From: Trichomonas gallinae | Taxonomy: Eukaryota | Direction of reading: 5' to 3' | NCBI GenBank assembly: GCA_008369845.1 | Contig: MRSU01003882.1 | Location: forward strand, 1 to 40,048 | DNA: 40,048 bases | Shown: positions 28,234 through 38,343 of the stretch, piece after piece | Numbering within the stretch: the first letter of the stretch is position 1 | Layout of the letters: each line of letters begins with the position of its first letter | The notes under the pieces: model-generated | The model's database searches: none | What the model saw: only the letters and a program-made list of their open reading frames with translations | Told to the model about the DNA's origin: nothing | Program-made: the position numbers and the translations under genes

Positions 28234-31164
28234 TTACTCTATAAAACGATTAAGCTCTGGATCATGAATAAGCTCGAAAATTGGATAGAAATCAGTATGA
28301 TATGAAGTTAATAGCTCTTGTTGAATGAAATAAGGAACAATTTTTGGACTTCCATCATTAATAAGTAACAGCACAAATTTATCATCAACTTTGCATAATC
28401 TTAGTTTTGTCTCCAGTGCAATGGCTCTTGTAATCAAATGCTGAATTCCTGTTCTAAAAAGAATATTTTCTGCAGGCGAGTAGATGTAAAGAGCTTCGCA
28501 CATCATTGGAGTAACTGATACAACCGATGAACAAGCCATGGATTCTAAGTAATCGATTGAAACGAATCTGATTTTGAGAGTTTCTTCAATTTCTACTGTT
28601 TGTGTTTCTGGAGCATTATCTGTATCCATATAGATAGTAATATATCCATCTTTACATTCCATTTCTAATATATCTTCTTCAATTGTTATAATCACATCTG
28701 ATCTCTTCATTTGAACTGTAGAATAATAATATAAAGACGAATTATCGATTAAATAGACATATTTGTACCATGGCTGGAACAATTCAACAGATTCGGCAAT
28801 AATTAAAAATCCAATATCATTAACGTGAATTAATTTTGATCCACATAGAACAAAGAAGCCATCTGTTTCCTTTGTGTTATCAACACGTATGATTTCTTCG
28901 CCAAATCCGTTATCTTTTCTGTAAATTAATTTCTTTTGCTCATATTCTTCATCATAGACATATATTGTGTTTTCTGTTACAATAACAACCTGGTCACAAT
29001 CTTTTCCGTGAATGATAAATGCATTTACTACAAATTCTTCATCGAAATCCCAAATATATTCCAAAGAAATAGAATTGTTGCATTCATACATCTTATTGAC
29101 AATCAAACAACCATCAGATAATATTAAGAGGAGGTCTGATGTATCTTTCGTAATAATCTTTCTATTCTTCTTATAAAGTGTTTCATTGAGTTTGATTTCT
29201 TTTCCTACAAAATAACCATCAAATGATTCAACAGTTATTTCTTCTGGTTCTGGGATTCCTTCTTCATCTTCAACTATATCTTCGTCATCAACTATATCTT
29301 CTTCTTCGTTTTCTTCTTTTGGCTTTGATGCTTCATGTGCATGTATATGTATATCTTCTTCCTCCTCTTCTTCTATGTTAACTTCTTGTGGTAATTCTTC
29401 TTCATATTCTTCAATGATATTTTCTTGATTTTGTGTTTGTATTGTTTCTTCTTTTTCCTCATTTAGCATTTCTTCGGTTTTGTTCTCTGCTTCTGCTGTT
29501 TCTATATTAAATAATGAATCAAAGTCATCCATATGAATGTCTTCTTCAGATTTATATATTTTTGGTTCAATTTGCTGATCATTTATTTCTGCTTGATTAT
29601 TTGATTCTTCTTTTGGTTCAGGTTCTTCAGGCTTCAAATAATTATATAAAGAATCGAAATCATCGATAACAAAGTCTTCGTGTGTTTCTTCTTGAGTAAT
29701 TTTTTCTTTTTGAGAAAGTTCTTGATTTGTTTGTTCAGGTTTCAAGTTAAATAGAGAATCAAAGTCATCAATAGCAAAATCTTCATGTGCTTCTTCTTTC
29801 TCAACATTTTCTTCGATTTGATTATCTATGACATCGTGTGTTTCATCAATTTCATCTTCTTCTTCGTTTTGATTTTCTATGATCTCATCTTCGACTTTTG
29901 GTTTTGGTATATTGAAGAATGATGAGTCATCGAATTTTACGTTGCCCATTGATATTTCTTCATCAGAAGAAAGCAAAGCATTAATCAGAATTTCATTCGC
30001 TGATTTTTCGACTTTCGTTATTGGTTCTTCTTGTTCGACTGAGTCGGATAATATTTCATCAGATTTTACAATTATTTGAACTCCATTTTCGTTTATTTGC
30101 TTCTTTTCTTTATGTTTAATTTCGTCAGTTTTATCTTTTATTACTATTTGGACTTCGTTTTCGTTTATTTGCTCTTCTTCTTCATGGTTAATTTCTATGA
30201 TTTCATCTTTGACTTTTGGTTTTGGTTTATTGAAGAATAATGAGTCATCAAATTTAATGTTGCCCATTGATATTTCTTCATCAGAAGAAAGAAAAGCATT
30301 TATAGGAATTTCATTTGTGAGTTGTTCTTCTTTCTGTGTTGGTTGTTCCTGATCATCTGTATCAGATAATAACTCATCATCTTTTACTATTATTTGGACT
30401 TCATTTTCTTTTATTGGCTTCTTTTCTTCATGATTGATTTCGTCAATTTTTTCGTTAGCTTTTGGCTTTGTTTTGTTAAAGTTGAAGAAAGATGAATCAT
30501 CAAATTTAATGTCACCCATTGGAATCTCTTCGTCTGAAGACAACATAATATTTATTGGAATTTCATTTAGTTCTAGATTTTCTTGGGATTCTTTTTTATC
30601 AGTTTTTTCGGCTTTATAATCATTTTGAGACATAAGATGTATATCCATATTATCAAATCTTATAATGGTTTTGCCGTTTTCATGAACAACTTTGTATGTA
30701 GCTTTTTTTTCTTCGTTTTTTGAACTAGATTTGCTGAAATCGAAGAAAGATGAGTCATCAAATTTCATATCATCCATTGAAACCTCTTCATCTGAAGAAT
30801 ATAAAATTCTTGATGGAAGATTGTTGGCTGTTTGTTGTAATTGGTCCGTTTTTTCACGTTTTATAATTTCTAGCTTGCCTTGCTTTGATATTTCGATTGA
30901 ATGCGCAGGAGATTGAATTGTTGGTTTCGGAATTTCGGGGATATTTAGGAGATTGTCGAATCCTGAATGAGTTTTTGTCGGTTTTTCAACACTAATTTGT
31001 GACATTTGTGCAGTTGGTGGCGATTCTGATTCTTTTGGCGCATTTTCAGTCTTTGGATGGTTAATAGATAGACCAAATAAGCTTAATGTGTCTGTCTGCT
31101 TCCTCTTTTCAACTTTAAATGGATAATTTTTATTTTGGTTGTCTGATACTTTTTCATCAGACAT
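28234..31164 (-). CDS. Acidic repeat-rich protein with C-terminal beta-rich (propeller-like) domain
   Basis: 976 aa containing 4x SSDEE[IV]xMxxxKFDDSxFF and 3x EDxxxDDFDSL[FY]N, followed by a globular C-terminal region of about 330 aa. Confidence 0.85.
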   Translation of the reverse strand: MSDEKVSDNQNKNYPFKVEKRKQTDTLSLFGLSINHPKTENAPKESESPPTAQMSQISVEKPTKTHSGFDNLLNIPEIPKPTIQSPAHSIEISKQGKLEIIKREKTDQLQQTANNLPSRILYSSDEEVSMDDMKFDDSSFFDFSKSSSKNEEKKATYKVVHENGKTIIRFDNMDIHLMSQNDYKAEKTDKKESQENLELNEIPINIMLSSDEEIPMGDIKFDDSSFFNFNKTKPKANEKIDEINHEEKKPIKENEVQIIVKDDELLSDTDDQEQPTQKEEQLTNEIPINAFLSSDEEISMGNIKFDDSLFFNKPKPKVKDEIIEINHEEEEQINENEVQIVIKDKTDEIKHKEKKQINENGVQIIVKSDEILSDSVEQEEPITKVEKSANEILINALLSSDEEISMGNVKFDDSSFFNIPKPKVEDEIIENQNEEEDEIDETHDVIDNQIEENVEKEEAHEDFAIDDFDSLFNLKPEQTNQELSQKEKITQEETHEDFVIDDFDSLYNYLKPEEPEPKEESNNQAEINDQQIEPKIYKSEEDIHMDDFDSLFNIETAEAENKTEEMLNEEKEETIQTQNQENIIEEYEEELPQEVNIEEEEEEDIHIHAHEASKPKEENEEEDIVDDEDIVEDEEGIPEPEEITVESFDGYFVGKEIKLNETLYKKNRKIITKDTSDLLLILSDGCLIVNKMYECNNSISLEYIWDFDEEFVVNAFIIHGKDCDQVVIVTENTIYVYDEEYEQKKLIYRKDNGFGEEIIRVDNTKETDGFFVLCGSKLIHVNDIGFLIIAESVELFQPWYKYVYLIDNSSLYYYSTVQMKRSDVIITIEEDILEMECKDGYITIYMDTDNAPETQTVEIEETLKIRFVSIDYLESMACSSVVSVTPMMCEALYIYSPAENILFRTGIQHLITRAIALETKLRLCKVDDKFVLLLINDGSPKIVPYFIQQELLTSYHTDFYPIFELIHDPELNRFIE

Positions 31165-31280
31165 CCAAAATATAAATGATTAAAATTTTTACAAATTCAT
31201 CAACTAAAGATCTAACCCATACCAAATACAACCAAAAGTCCAATTTTAGATCAAATTTTTCAAAAACTCAAAGTTATCCT

Positions 31281-31582
31281 TTCTAATTTTAAAATTAGAT
31301 ATAATTATGATGATATATTCCATATCTATAATTATTGTAATGTAAAAATGTCAAATATTTGATTTTCGCTAATTCTAATCATTATTTTAGATTATTATCA
31401 TGATTATTATAAAATATATTCATATCTTGACATATCTATGATATTACATTCTTGATTAATTATTTTGACAAGTAAAATATTTGTAAAGTAAAATGTCAAA
31501 TATCATATTTTCGCTAATTCTTATTGTAATGTTGGATTATTATAATGATAATCATAATTAATATTCATGTCTTGACATATAG
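31281..31582. repeat. Duplication of about 146 bp in a divergent promoter
   Basis: AAAATGTCAAATAT...TTTTCGCTAATTCT...GATTATTAT...ATATTCAT(A/G)TCTTGACATAT occurs from about 31345 and from about 31490, with a partial earlier copy. Confidence 0.75.
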
Positions 31583-31710
31583 GATCTATATTTATAGTTT
31601 GATTAAATATAAGACATGTAGTCAGAGGGAGACAGAAAAATTTTTGACAGCTGTAAAATATTTTTTGACAAAGGGCAATTTTTACCAGTTATATTTGACA
31701 TTTTAATTTC

Positions 31711-32751
31711 ATGCAATTCTTTCAGTGGGCAGATAAAACATTGTCTCAAAACAAAGTTATTCCATTTCCAGAAGAGGGACTAGCGTATTTGGAGCGCGAT
31801 CCGCCGCAAGATCCCGTTTTAAATCAGTTCCATGAAAAATTAGTGTCTTTTATCAAACAGTTAATACCAAACAAAGGAGATGTTATCATTCGTCAGCACA
31901 TAGTCGACCAAATTTGCACACAGATAAGAACTACGATTGCTGTCCCGCCGAAAGAAAATTTAATCATTTTGCCATGCGGCAGCTGCATGAGCGGCACATT
32001 TTTACCAAACGCAGATATTGATTTTGCCATTTTCTTTTACCCATCTCCTTGCAATCCCGTTAATGTTATGAATGAATTACAAATAGCTTTAGGAGATTTT
32101 GCGATCGATGGTTTTAATCCTCTCCCTCAAGCGAAAGTTCCTGTCCTGAAATTTTTAGCTCAGCCCGGCATTTCTATCGATATATCTTTCGATGAATTAC
32201 ACGGGCCACTTTGTGTCCCAACAGTAAGGGAAATATTCAAAAACATACCATGCATTCTTCCAGCGCAGATATTTTTGAAGGCAATGCTTCGTAAAAGCAA
32301 GCTAGACCAACCATTCCTTGGAGGAATCAGTTCTTATACTTTACAGCTCATGATTTTAGCATATGTACAGTACGCAGGCGAGCCTGCCAATATTACAGAT
32401 TTAATAGTCGGATTTTGCAATTTCTATGGAAATATATTTAACTTTACTTTAACTGGAATAGATGTTAGTGAGGGTGGTAGATTCTTCTCGCGCGCAAAAG
32501 AGGGCAAACTATCGCCAGATACTCCAACAGCTATGTATATTCAAGATCCATTGAATAATAAGAACGTTTTAGGCCATAACGCTTTCAAAATGAATGAAAT
32601 TCGAGAAGAGTTAAAGGTTGCTCACCAACTGATAACATCGGGCAAAGGAGAAGAATTGATTAATGGCTTGTTAGGCGAAATTATTGAAATACACTCAATT
32701 CACGATGCAATTAAGGACTATGCGCATAGTCTAAATATAGATATTGAATAA
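31711..32751 (+). CDS. Non-canonical poly(A) polymerase / terminal nucleotidyltransferase, Trf4/TENT4-like
   Basis: Contains GSCMSGTFLPNADID (Pol-beta GS..DxD), AKVPVLKF, IDISF, GGISSY and a PAP-associated IQDP motif. Confidence 0.9.
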   Translation: MQFFQWADKTLSQNKVIPFPEEGLAYLERDPPQDPVLNQFHEKLVSFIKQLIPNKGDVIIRQHIVDQICTQIRTTIAVPPKENLIILPCGSCMSGTFLPNADIDFAIFFYPSPCNPVNVMNELQIALGDFAIDGFNPLPQAKVPVLKFLAQPGISIDISFDELHGPLCVPTVREIFKNIPCILPAQIFLKAMLRKSKLDQPFLGGISSYTLQLMILAYVQYAGEPANITDLIVGFCNFYGNIFNFTLTGIDVSEGGRFFSRAKEGKLSPDTPTAMYIQDPLNNKNVLGHNAFKMNEIREELKVAHQLITSGKGEELINGLLGEIIEIHSIHDAIKDYAHSLNIDIE

Positions 32752-33006
32752 ACTCCTATATTATGTTTTTTATGAAATAAAATCGAATTTTAATGACTTT
32801 AAATACTAGATTCTTCATTTCTACAAAAATTATTTTATTGATAGATCATTGTAAATGAATTTAATACAAAATTTATTTTATCAAAAAAATGTATTTTACA
32901 AAATATCAAAATAGTTAAATATATGATATAAATAGATCAAGTTATAATACATAACAAGGTTTATTTTATCTAAAATGTATAACAAAAATTAATATAAAAT
33001 AAAAAA

Positions 33007-36000
33007 TTAATGAGGAGTTCTTCTTCTGTGAGTGTCTGCTCCAACACTTGAATTCCTCTGTGCAATTTCATTCCTGCTGCCAACTACTGAATGTCCTCTC
33101 TTTCTCTTTCTTAGTGGTTCTTCATTTTGAATTCCAGCTTGCGAATTTCTTTGAGAAATTTCTTGTTTATCACCTACAGCTGATTGTGCTGGTCTTTTTA
33201 CTCTTCTTGGCTGATCATCTTGAGGAGTTTTTCTCAGTCTTTGTACGGTTTCTTCACCTTGAACACCAGCCTGCGAGTTTCTTCTCTGTATTTCACTTTT
33301 GTCGCCTACAGCTGACTGAGCAACAACTTTCCTCTTCTTCTTCGGTCTTTGTTCTTCAACAATCATCTCATTTCTCTTTTCTATCTCCTGTTTATCACCG
33401 ACAGCAGACTGCGCCGTGACTCTTCTCTTCTTTGGTTTTTCTTCTGGAACAATCATTTGATTTCTTTGTTCTATTTCTTTTTTGTCGCCGACAGCTGACT
33501 GTGCTGGAACTCTTCTCTTCTTCTTCGGCTTCACTTCGATTATGAACTCGTTTCTCTTCGCGATGTCGTTCTTGTCGCCGACATTTGATTGCGCATAGTT
33601 TCTCCTTTCGGGAGTCTTCCTTAACAAATGTGGAGGCTGCAGATGAATGATTTCTGGGTCAGCACCCATCTGCTGGTTGACTTGCTGAGCAACTTTGACA
33701 ACAGGAACATTATCGTCTTCATTAGGAATAACTTTCTTCTTTCTCCTTCTTGTTTGTGGCTGAACAAATTCTGGTTGTTTTTGCTGGGGAACAACTTCTT
33801 CGTCTGAATATTCATCTATTTCTTGCTTGCGTGGTTGTATTTTTAACTGCTGTTGAGGTGGATGACGAGGAGTTGGGATTCTTTGCGCAATTCTTGCTTT
33901 AGGCGGTGAACTTTGTTCTACTGGTTCTAAATCTAACCAAGCTGGTCTCGATTGTTCTCTCTTTGATACTGGTTTAAGAATCTCTTCGTTTTGCCTCTGC
34001 GATCTTCCCTGTTTAAGAATTGGCCTTGGTTGTGGATCAATTTCAACGTCATCAGAATATTCGTTATTTCTTTTATCATCATTGATTAAGTTTTTAGCCT
34101 TTATTAGGTTTCTTTGTGGAGAATATTGAGGTCTTTGTGGAGAAAGCCTATGAATGTTTTCGTCATCTGAATATTCATCGAGTTTGTTGTTGATTGCATT
34201 GATAATCTTTTGATTTCTTTTTGGCTGAACATTTTGCTGAGGAATTTCTTCGTCTGAATATTCATCGACATTTTGGTTGATTCTGCTTGGTGATACTCTC
34301 TTTGGCTGTGGGTTGTATTGAGCTCTTTGCATTCTGCTTTGTGGAATTTCTACATCAACATTTTGTCTGACTTTATGATGAACTCTTCTTGTGTTTTGCT
34401 GAATTTGTTGTTTTGGTGGATCAATTTCAACATCATCTGAGTATTCATAAATACTTTGTGGAACTTTTTGAGGAGCTCTTCTTTGAGGCTGATACTGAAC
34501 CTTTTGGATTTGCAGCTGTTGTTTTGGAGGTGGATCAATTTCTTCATCAGAATATTCATCAATATTCTGAGGAATATTTTTAGCAACTCTTCTTGAATTT
34601 TGTAGTTTTGGTGGATAATTATTTTCATCTGAATATTCATCAGGATTTTGTATAACTTTTGGAGCAGCTCTTCTTGAATTTTGTGGCTTTGACTTTTCGA
34701 TTTCTTCATCTGAATATTCGTCAACATTTTGTTGAATTACTTTTGGAGCTGTTCTTCTTGTGTTTGGCTGCTGCATTATTTGCTGTCTTTGAGGTGGTTC
34801 AATTTCTTCATCTGAATATTCATCAATGTTTTGGTTAAATTGTTGATGAGGGACTCTTCTTTGGTTTTGCATTTGTTGTCTTGGTGGCTCGATTTCTTCA
34901 TCTGAGTATTCATCAGGATTTGGAATTTGTTTTCTCATTGACGCTCTTTGTATTTCTTCATTCTTACTTGATGAAATTCTTCTTTGATGCTGAACTCTAA
35001 CATTTTGCTGCTGTCTTTGTGGAATTCTTTGATTAACATTTTCATCAACATTCTGTCTTTGATTTCTATTTGATGGAATTTGTTGTTGTGGAACTTCATC
35101 TGAGTATTCATCAGGATTTTCATCTGAATGATCATCAAGGTTTTGATTTCTTTGCAGTTGCTGTCTGACAGGCTGAGGAGAAGGAGGGACATCACCATCA
35201 TCAATAGACCATTTCCTTCGTTGGCTGTTTGGCTGAGGAATTTCTTCTTCTGACTCTTCTTTCTTTTGTATTCTCGTTCTGACTTTTCTTGCCGGCTTCT
35301 GCTGAACTTGTGGAGCTTCTTTTGGCTGTGGTTTAGGCTTCCCAAATGAAACTTCGACTTGTGCTTCATCCAATGTTTTAGTTTCTTCCGAATCATCGAA
35401 AGGAAGTTGTTGTTTTTTGCCAAAAGAAATTTGCGGTTGATTATTATTATTATCAGTGTTTGATTCATAGCTTAAATCGACGTCAGAATTTAATTTCTGT
35501 GGTTTCTTCCTTCTTTTGCCTCCTCCGAAAGAAACATTTATATTTGCAAAATTGTCATTCATGACATCTGAATAAGTACTTTCTGAGTCAAAAGCACCAA
35601 GTCCACCAATTTGATTTTCAAGGCCTTGCAAAAAGAAAGGAACCTCAACTTGCTCTGCTTTCGGTGATGCAGGCTGTCTTTGCGGTGGCTGCAGTTGCTG
35701 TGAGCTTCCAATTTTTGTGATATTCGGGGAAAATTGCTGCTGTGGAGTTCTTGTGACTTTTGGTGATAATGGTGCTTTTGTTGTTCTATTAATTGGCATT
35801 CTTTTGACTGACTCCGCTCTCCTCTGCATCTGTGGGCGTGGAGGGAGTTGTGGATTCGGTGGTGGGTTTAATACAAGCTCAAACTGTTCGTCCGTCAAAA
35901 CTATCGGGAAAGGATCCTGCTGTACATGCCTGAAAACAGAAAATGGCTCCAAAAATATCGAATTTTGTGGAGTTTCGAATAAACAGCCGCGCTTTGACTG

Positions 36001-37836
36001 CTTGAGTGTTGGCTTCCTCTTGAATGCGTTTAGCAAGTTATTTGCCTGCTCTTGAGTGATTTTGTTATGTTCGAGCAAATAATTCACGTCATCAACTGGA
36101 TAAGAGATATTCAGTCTCGGCTGCTGCTGCGCTGCAAAGTTCATAGTCTCTAAGAACTGTTGGCCATTATCAGGATTTCCTCCATCGATTACAACAACTT
36201 GAATTACTCGATTTGTCTGCAATAAAGTTCTGAGGGCTGAGATTCCAGCATCACCAATGAGGTTCGATGAAATGTCCAAATGCAGTATAGATGGGGATCT
36301 ACTCACGCATCTTAATAATGCTCCAGTCAAACCTCCGAGTTTGTTCCTCTCTGTGCCTCTAATCGTCAAGAATTTGAGAGAATTCGTGGAATCGATGAAA
36401 GCGCACAGGTCATTTACAGAATCTTTAATTTCATGATGAAAACATTCGCTCATCGAAAGATAATCGAGGAAAGAGTTTGCATGCAAGAAGGAGAATATGG
36501 ATTTGTGTATAGGATTTCCATCCCACGTGAAAGCAGTCAAAGATCTATAATTAGTTGAAGCAAAAGCCTTGAACACATTTGGCCAAGCATCACTAGGTGC
36601 ATGCGCTCTTGCTATTGACAATTTGAAAGGCTCAAGTCCTCTTCTGAAAATAATTTGAAGTGTATCAGGTAAACTGTTTCCCATCCATTCTATGTCATTC
36701 AGCATAAGAGAGTAAAGCTGTGGCGGTATACTAATACTCTGATCAGGGCTGACACTCGATGAATTCGAAGATAAGTTCAAGAACCTTAAATTCGGGAACC
36801 TGGCGGTTGAAAATTTTGACAAAGCGTCAGATATCTGTAGATTACAATTTGCCAGTGACAGAAGTGTGACATTTTGTGCGACTTCTAAAACTTTCTGCAG
36901 ATTTATGTTCCTTGTCTTGTCTAGATTTAAAATTCTCAGGTTTTGGCAGATTTGTGGCGTTAATATATTCGTGAATAATAAAGATTCAGCGCTATGATCG
37001 AGAGCATTGTGGAATCCGATAGAGTTTGCGCCTGTTTCTTGAATGAACTTGGTTAAAACTGGTAAATCATCTGGTTCGAATTCGGAGTGAGAAAATGAAA
37101 CTGCAGAGAGCTTAGATACTTCATTTGATTTAAAAATTGACATAAATTCCATGAATTTTGGCTCTTTACGGCCGAAGAACTCAACAGATCGAAGTTTAAT
37201 GATTGAATTCGGATTTTCGCATAATTCATTTTGAACATCGATAATAGGAATAGTAAGATGTGATAGAGACTGTATAAGTGGCAGAATGCTGAAGAATACG
37301 TATGATAAACGTCGATATTCTGGGAAATCAGAATAATTATATTTTAAAGGCGAAAATCTGAGAAATGATTCAAACGAATTTAAAACTTGTGGCTGTATTA
37401 CTATATTTCTATCCGTGAGTAATTGCTTCATTCTTACGAGAGCACCAAAATTTGATCCTTTCACCTTAAAAAAGCCATAAGTATTGAATCCAATTGCTCT
37501 GTATATAATCGATGGTAGAGTTTGACGAAAAATATGTCCGAGAATTCCTGTTATTTGTCTACCATCCTGAAATTCTGTTGTGAATTTTCGTTTTTCGAAT
37601 ATAAATTTAGCAATATTCCCTTGGAAATTTACTCCCTTGAGTGTAGACCAAGTGAATATCTTTTTAACATCGCCGTTTGTTTTACTATAAACTTGATAGC
37701 CGAATTCTGTTATAGCGACGATGCGAAGTTTCTTGAATACTGATAAACTGGTGTCCTTAACAAGACCTAACGAGAACACTGCATGGTGTTCAATCTGTAA
37801 TTTTGCCTGAATTGCAGATCGAATCGTTTCATTCAT
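33007..37836 (-). CDS. CARMIL-like leucine-rich-repeat protein with long repetitive disordered tail
   Basis: PH-like N-terminus, RI-type LRRs (LRFLNLSSN, LHLDISSNLIGDAG, VVIDGGN) and a Q/P/R-rich tail with repeats. Confidence 0.8.
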   Translation of the reverse strand: MNETIRSAIQAKLQIEHHAVFSLGLVKDTSLSVFKKLRIVAITEFGYQVYSKTNGDVKKIFTWSTLKGVNFQGNIAKFIFEKRKFTTEFQDGRQITGILGHIFRQTLPSIIYRAIGFNTYGFFKVKGSNFGALVRMKQLLTDRNIVIQPQVLNSFESFLRFSPLKYNYSDFPEYRRLSYVFFSILPLIQSLSHLTIPIIDVQNELCENPNSIIKLRSVEFFGRKEPKFMEFMSIFKSNEVSKLSAVSFSHSEFEPDDLPVLTKFIQETGANSIGFHNALDHSAESLLFTNILTPQICQNLRILNLDKTRNINLQKVLEVAQNVTLLSLANCNLQISDALSKFSTARFPNLRFLNLSSNSSSVSPDQSISIPPQLYSLMLNDIEWMGNSLPDTLQIIFRRGLEPFKLSIARAHAPSDAWPNVFKAFASTNYRSLTAFTWDGNPIHKSIFSFLHANSFLDYLSMSECFHHEIKDSVNDLCAFIDSTNSLKFLTIRGTERNKLGGLTGALLRCVSRSPSILHLDISSNLIGDAGISALRTLLQTNRVIQVVVIDGGNPDNGQQFLETMNFAAQQQPRLNISYPVDDVNYLLEHNKITQEQANNLLNAFKRKPTLKQSKRGCLFETPQNSIFLEPFSVFRHVQQDPFPIVLTDEQFELVLNPPPNPQLPPRPQMQRRAESVKRMPINRTTKAPLSPKVTRTPQQQFSPNITKIGSSQQLQPPQRQPASPKAEQVEVPFFLQGLENQIGGLGAFDSESTYSDVMNDNFANINVSFGGGKRRKKPQKLNSDVDLSYESNTDNNNNQPQISFGKKQQLPFDDSEETKTLDEAQVEVSFGKPKPQPKEAPQVQQKPARKVRTRIQKKEESEEEIPQPNSQRRKWSIDDGDVPPSPQPVRQQLQRNQNLDDHSDENPDEYSDEVPQQQIPSNRNQRQNVDENVNQRIPQRQQQNVRVQHQRRISSSKNEEIQRASMRKQIPNPDEYSDEEIEPPRQQMQNQRRVPHQQFNQNIDEYSDEEIEPPQRQQIMQQPNTRRTAPKVIQQNVDEYSDEEIEKSKPQNSRRAAPKVIQNPDEYSDENNYPPKLQNSRRVAKNIPQNIDEYSDEEIDPPPKQQLQIQKVQYQPQRRAPQKVPQSIYEYSDDVEIDPPKQQIQQNTRRVHHKVRQNVDVEIPQSRMQRAQYNPQPKRVSPSRINQNVDEYSDEEIPQQNVQPKRNQKIINAINNKLDEYSDDENIHRLSPQRPQYSPQRNLIKAKNLINDDKRNNEYSDDVEIDPQPRPILKQGRSQRQNEEILKPVSKREQSRPAWLDLEPVEQSSPPKARIAQRIPTPRHPPQQQLKIQPRKQEIDEYSDEEVVPQQKQPEFVQPQTRRRKKKVIPNEDDNVPVVKVAQQVNQQMGADPEIIHLQPPHLLRKTPERRNYAQSNVGDKNDIAKRNEFIIEVKPKKKRRVPAQSAVGDKKEIEQRNQMIVPEEKPKKRRVTAQSAVGDKQEIEKRNEMIVEEQRPKKKRKVVAQSAVGDKSEIQRRNSQAGVQGEETVQRLRKTPQDDQPRRVKRPAQSAVGDKQEISQRNSQAGIQNEEPLRKRKRGHSVVGSRNEIAQRNSSVGADTHRRRTPH

Positions 37837-38343
37837 GCAAAATTTTGATTGATTTTTAGTATCAGCAGCATCCTTATAACCAAAATATGCTATTTATTGA
37901 TGTTGAAAATATATTACATCAAAATGTACGTTTAATTTTTCATTATCATAGTGTCACTCCCTGCATTTTTAATTTTGACACAATTCATTCTTATATTTGT
38001 AATATTGAAAGCATAAATATAATACATCATATGTTAATATATACACTTAAACACGCTAGACAAACAGTAAAACGGCAGTAAACTCTGACTGTTAAAAATA
38101 AAAAAATTCGAGGAATGATTTGATGCCAATAAACCCGCATATTCACATCTTTTCATTATTCATGTTGTTAATCCATGTGGCTCACTTAAAAACCCTTAAA
38201 AATTAAATGTAATGAGATCGCACTTTTTAATTTTTTTAGAGAACTCATAGAATTTTTACTAAGTATACAATGTATAATTTGTTTGGAATTCAAAAGAATT
38301 TGTTTCAGTTATGTTTTAGACAATACAGGATCTTTATTAATAT

